64,000 bases of DNA from contig CAXXOA010000002.1 of the NCBI GenBank assembly GCA_963666275.2, positions 1,824,001-1,888,000 on the forward strand. The letters are read 5' to 3'. The position numbers and the translations under genes are program-made. This document shows, one piece after another, positions 60,654 to 64,000 of this stretch (positions are counted from its first letter, which is position 1; the number at the start of each line of letters is the position of its first letter). This DNA is from Oceanispirochaeta sp. (lineage in GTDB: Bacteria > Spirochaetota > Spirochaetia > DSM-2461). The notes beneath the pieces were generated by a model. That model saw only the letters and a list, made by a program, of their open reading frames with translations, was not told where the DNA came from and did no database searches.

Positions 60654-61679
60654 ATGTTAAAGAAAACAGGTCTTATCCTTGTTCTCATGATGGCTGTGTT
60701 TCTGACCTCTGCCAGCGCCGGAGGTCAGGGGGATCCTGAGGGGGCTCCCGACAGGATTGTGATCGGATACCAGGCCATCCCCAATGGACAGATCATTTCA
60801 AAAGAGTATAACTGGCTGGAAGAGGCTACCGGGATCCCCGTGGAATGGGTTCAGATCAACTCGGGTTCCGAACTAAATACAGGGCTGGCTGCCGGAAGCA
60901 TTGATATCGGCCTTTCAGGGAGCAGCGGGATCGCCGCGGGAATCGCCAATTCCGTTCCTTTCGATGTGATTTGGGTTCACGATATTATCGGTGATAACGA
61001 AGCGCTTGTTGTAAAAAGTGATGCGGGAATCGGAGAGCTGAAGGATCTGGCAGGCAAAAAAATAGCTGTTCCCTTCGGTGCTACCACCCATTACCATCTC
61101 CTGGCGGCTCTGGAGCTGGAGGGGATTGATCCCGAATCTGTGGAAATCTTTGATATGCAGCCGCCGGATGCCCTGGCCGCCTGGCACAGAGGGGATATTG
61201 ACGGGAGCTTTATCTGGGAACCGACTCTTGCCAAAATGCTCGAGTCCGGGGGGGAAGTTCTCATCTATTCCCGTAAACTGGCGGAAGCCGGATACCTGAC
61301 AGGGGATATCACAGTGGCAAGGAAGGGATTTGCTGAAAAGTATCCCGACCTTGTTGTAGCCTACCTTGCTGCGGAAATCAAAGCGGTGGAACTATACCGG
61401 AGCGATAGAGAGGCAGCCGCACAGGCGGTGAGCCGACAGTTTGATATTCCCGAAGAAGAAGCTCTCAGGCAGATGAACAGCCTCGTCCTGCTTCCGGGAG
61501 AGGAACAGCTTGAATCCCGCTATATGGGTACACCGGGTAATATCGGAGATCTGGCGTCTGTTCTGAAAGCCACGGCGGATTTTCTTGTAGAACAGAATAC
61601 CATCAAAGAAGCGCCCGGTCTGGAAACCTTCCGCAAGGCTCTTCATCCCGAGTATATCGAACAGGCCCTGGGAAAGTAG
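60654..61679 (+). CDS. tauA: Taurine/sulfonate ABC substrate-binding protein
   Basis: IGYQ, NSG, NEALVV, IAVPFGATTHY, AAWHRGDIDG..WEP. Confidence 0.8.
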   Translation: MLKKTGLILVLMMAVFLTSASAGGQGDPEGAPDRIVIGYQAIPNGQIISKEYNWLEEATGIPVEWVQINSGSELNTGLAAGSIDIGLSGSSGIAAGIANSVPFDVIWVHDIIGDNEALVVKSDAGIGELKDLAGKKIAVPFGATTHYHLLAALELEGIDPESVEIFDMQPPDALAAWHRGDIDGSFIWEPTLAKMLESGGEVLIYSRKLAEAGYLTGDITVARKGFAEKYPDLVVAYLAAEIKAVELYRSDREAAAQAVSRQFDIPEEEALRQMNSLVLLPGEEQLESRYMGTPGNIGDLASVLKATADFLVEQNTIKEAPGLETFRKALHPEYIEQALGK

Positions 61680-61682
61680 ATC

Positions 61683-62450
61683 TTGGAAACACTGCTGGAA
61701 CTGAAAGATATCAGTGTCGACTTCCCGACAAAAAAAGGACTCCTTTCCGCTGTCAGCGATATTTCCATGACAGTGGAAAAGGGGGATTTTATTACCATTG
61801 TCGGGCCTTCGGGCTGCGGGAAATCAACCCTTCTCAATGTGATCGGAGGGTTCCTGCCCCCCACAGGGGGAGCCATTTCCGATAGAGAGGGGCCTGTGAC
61901 GGGGCCCAGCAGAAGCCGGGGGGTCGTTTTTCAGAAGCCCGCGCTCTATCCCTGGCTCAATATAGAGCAGAATGTAGCCTTCGGCCTGAAGGTGAACGGC
62001 ACAGGCAGAAAGGAAAGAAAAAAGATCGCCCTGGAAAATCTGGAACGGGTCAAACTTTCGGATTTTGCCCATATGCACTGCTATGAACTTTCCGGGGGGA
62101 TGCGCCAGAGGGTGGCTATCGCCAGAATCCTGGCCAATGATCCCGAGATTCTCCTGATGGATGAGCCCTTCGGGGCTCTGGATGTGCTCACCCGGGAGCA
62201 TATGCAGGAGGAACTTCTTAAGATATGGCGGGATACGGGTAAGACTGTTATTCTGATTACCCACAGTGTGGAAGAAGCGATTTATCTCTCTACAGAGGTC
62301 TACGTCATGTCTTCTCTTCCCGGCAGAATCATTAAAAAGGTGAAAACCCCTTTCAGTCGGGACTATAGTCATCTGGACAGCCGGAAGATCAAGTCACTTC
62401 CCGAGTTTGTCGCATTGAGGGAAGAAGTCCTCAGTTACATCTGGTTCTAG
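61683..62450 (+). CDS. tauB: Taurine/sulfonate ABC ATPase
   Basis: GPSGCGKST, LSGGMRQR, MDEPFGALD, THSVEEA. Confidence 0.88.
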   Translation: METLLELKDISVDFPTKKGLLSAVSDISMTVEKGDFITIVGPSGCGKSTLLNVIGGFLPPTGGAISDREGPVTGPSRSRGVVFQKPALYPWLNIEQNVAFGLKVNGTGRKERKKIALENLERVKLSDFAHMHCYELSGGMRQRVAIARILANDPEILLMDEPFGALDVLTREHMQEELLKIWRDTGKTVILITHSVEEAIYLSTEVYVMSSLPGRIIKKVKTPFSRDYSHLDSRKIKSLPEFVALREEVLSYIWF

Positions 62451-63574
62451 GTTTCTCCGCCGTTTCCCTGATTTATCTCACTTCCACTGAAAAGGCCTCT
62501 CTGATAACCTTGAAGATCCGAAACAACCTTGTTCTTTCCGGAATTCTTTCCGATATAAAGGTTTTTATCCGCTCGGGAGATAGCGGCATCGGTGGTCTCC
62601 GAATCCTTTAAATCCGTATATCCCACTGTGATACTAAGATGGATCTGATTGCCCTCCCAGAGGAAAGGGGTATCCTGAACAGATCTTCTGATCCTTTCAA
62701 AAGTTCTCTCGGCTGATTCCGGATCATTGGTCATCAGTATAATAAGAAATTCCTCTCCACCCCAGCGGCCTACATGATCTCCCTGACGAAGGCTCTTCTG
62801 TAAATGACCGGCTATGAGTTTCAGAGCTTCATCCCCGCAGTTATGGCCGTAGGTATCGTTGACACTCTTAAAGTTATCCACATCCAGCAGTCCCAGTAAA
62901 AGACACTGCCCTGTTTTGCGGGCTTTTTCATACGACTGGGGTATGAGCTTCTGAATGGCATTTCTGTTGGCCAGTCCGGTCAGGGTATCTGTGTGGGCAA
63001 TATGGAAGATTTCATCGTGATATTCGGATATCTCTTTCTGTTTTGTCAGGAGGTCCGATGTAAAACGCCAGAGGCTTATAATTATAATGAAAAAGGCTAC
63101 AAGAAGATTGAAGTTGAAAAGGATGTTCAGGCCCCTCGGATTCAGAAGGAAGAACGGGGTATAGCTGTCGAAATAGATCAGGACAAAGAAGAAAAGCCCC
63201 AGAGTCGATACTCCCAGGACAGTGAGTATTCCTTTATTCAGCCGGGGACTCGCAGAAAGAAGGGTGCACATGGTCAGAAGGTAGTACTGAGTTCCCGATT
63301 CCAGCCCGAAATTGATGATGCCCACAAAAACATCCGCTATGAGAAAGACCACAGCGATAAGAAATGCCGGATAGGTTCCTCCCCGCCTGGCAATTCTGTA
63401 TACAAGCAGGAATCCCAGCATAAGAATGAAGTACTCTGCCAGAACTGCTGCGGAAAGGGTCATTGCATATAAATATAATCCGAGGATTATTTTGATAAAA
63501 AATATATTCAGGTAGATGGTCTTCTGATAGTTCAGAATGGGAATCATCGTGGGGTCTATTTTTTTTGTTATCAT
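62447..63574 (-). CDS. Membrane-bound diguanylate cyclase
   Basis: About 5 TMs; DTLTGLANR, DVDNFKSVNDTYGH, I-site RQGD, RWGGEEF. Confidence 0.93.
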   Translation of the reverse strand: MITKKIDPTMIPILNYQKTIYLNIFFIKIILGLYLYAMTLSAAVLAEYFILMLGFLLVYRIARRGGTYPAFLIAVVFLIADVFVGIINFGLESGTQYYLLTMCTLLSASPRLNKGILTVLGVSTLGLFFFVLIYFDSYTPFFLLNPRGLNILFNFNLLVAFFIIIISLWRFTSDLLTKQKEISEYHDEIFHIAHTDTLTGLANRNAIQKLIPQSYEKARKTGQCLLLGLLDVDNFKSVNDTYGHNCGDEALKLIAGHLQKSLRQGDHVGRWGGEEFLIILMTNDPESAERTFERIRRSVQDTPFLWEGNQIHLSITVGYTDLKDSETTDAAISRADKNLYIGKNSGKNKVVSDLQGYQRGLFSGSEINQGNGGET

Positions 63575-63688
63575 GCTTCTCCTATTGTACACGAAAATCA
63601 GAAACATTTCATGCCCTAAAAGAGGATGCGGCTCTTTTCACTTCATCCTGAAAGGACATTTTTTGTCGATAAATCCGGAAAATAAAGC

Positions 63689-63717
63689 TTTACAAAATAC
63701 ATAAGTCCTATTATCAT
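63689..63717 (+). promoter_or_regulatory. sigma70 promoter of transaldolase gene
   Basis: TTTACA-17-TATCAT. Confidence 0.5.
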
Positions 63718-63779
63718 ACAATTAGACATTAAGAAGATTACTTTAACTATTTTACGATATTTTACCAGGAGTATAGAAG

Positions 63780-64000
63780 ATGAGCGAAATGAGTCCGATG
63801 AAGAAAACCGTCAATCTCTGCGACGTTGAAGTATGGAACGATTCCTGTTCCATTGAAGAGCTGAATTATGCCGTAAGCCACGGTGCTTCAGGTGCTACCA
63901 CAAACCCTGTGATCGTACTGAACGTATTGAAACAGGAAATGCATATTTGGAAAGACAGGATCCTTGAAATTATCAAAGAGATGCCTACAGCTTCCGAAGT
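63780..64000 (+). CDS. Transaldolase-family protein, 3' truncated by window edge
   Basis: AGGAG RBS; MSEMSP..WNDSCS..GASGATTNPVIV; absent from ORF track because no stop in window. Confidence 0.85.
   Translation, partial: MSEMSPMKKTVNLCDVEVWNDSCSIEELNYAVSHGASGATTNPVIVLNVLKQEMHIWKDRILEIIKEMPTASE

Noticed and set aside
1..64000. Prophage, IS, integron, defence system, tRNA or rRNA
   Set aside because: No integrase, transposase, nuclease, RT or structural-RNA signatures recognised by eye

Overview
Chromosomal, gene-dense window with no rRNA, tRNA, CRISPR array, integrase or transposase. The lipoprotein signal peptides, MCP, LolA-like sorting protein and accessory gene set suggest a free-living anaerobic spirochaete (inference only). 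Left to right: HAD phosphatase and MCP; a tetritol (erythritol/threitol) ABC uptake and catabolic operon (EltD-like, RpiB/DerI-like, split DhaK/DhaL) with a YesN/YesM two-component system; a frameshifted DUF4382-like lipoprotein; LacI-araD-araA; NUDIX, PfkB and an AGE-fold protein lacking both catalytic His; mntP, lipid kinase, ferritin, RRM protein; GntR-glycerate kinase; HAD, J-domain protein and an apparently circularly permuted GH114-like lipoprotein; a YtrA-SPFH-LolD/LolCE(x3)-LolA-like-beta-barrel operon; a REP cluster with one arm tandemly amplified; serA-like, CMD, a PEGA outer-membrane protein, a protease and an XRE remnant; an ArnE/F-GT2-ATP-grasp-NitT ABC cluster converging on an ArnT-like transferase; a sulfane-sulfur cluster (two rhodanese lipoproteins, CoA-persulfide reductase, YeeE, Tau-like ABC); a GGDEF protein and the start of a transaldolase. 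The best candidates for undescribed systems are the Arn-like/ATP-grasp/importer cluster and the rhodanese/Cdr/YeeE/Tau cluster. All family calls come from motif recognition by eye, not database searches.
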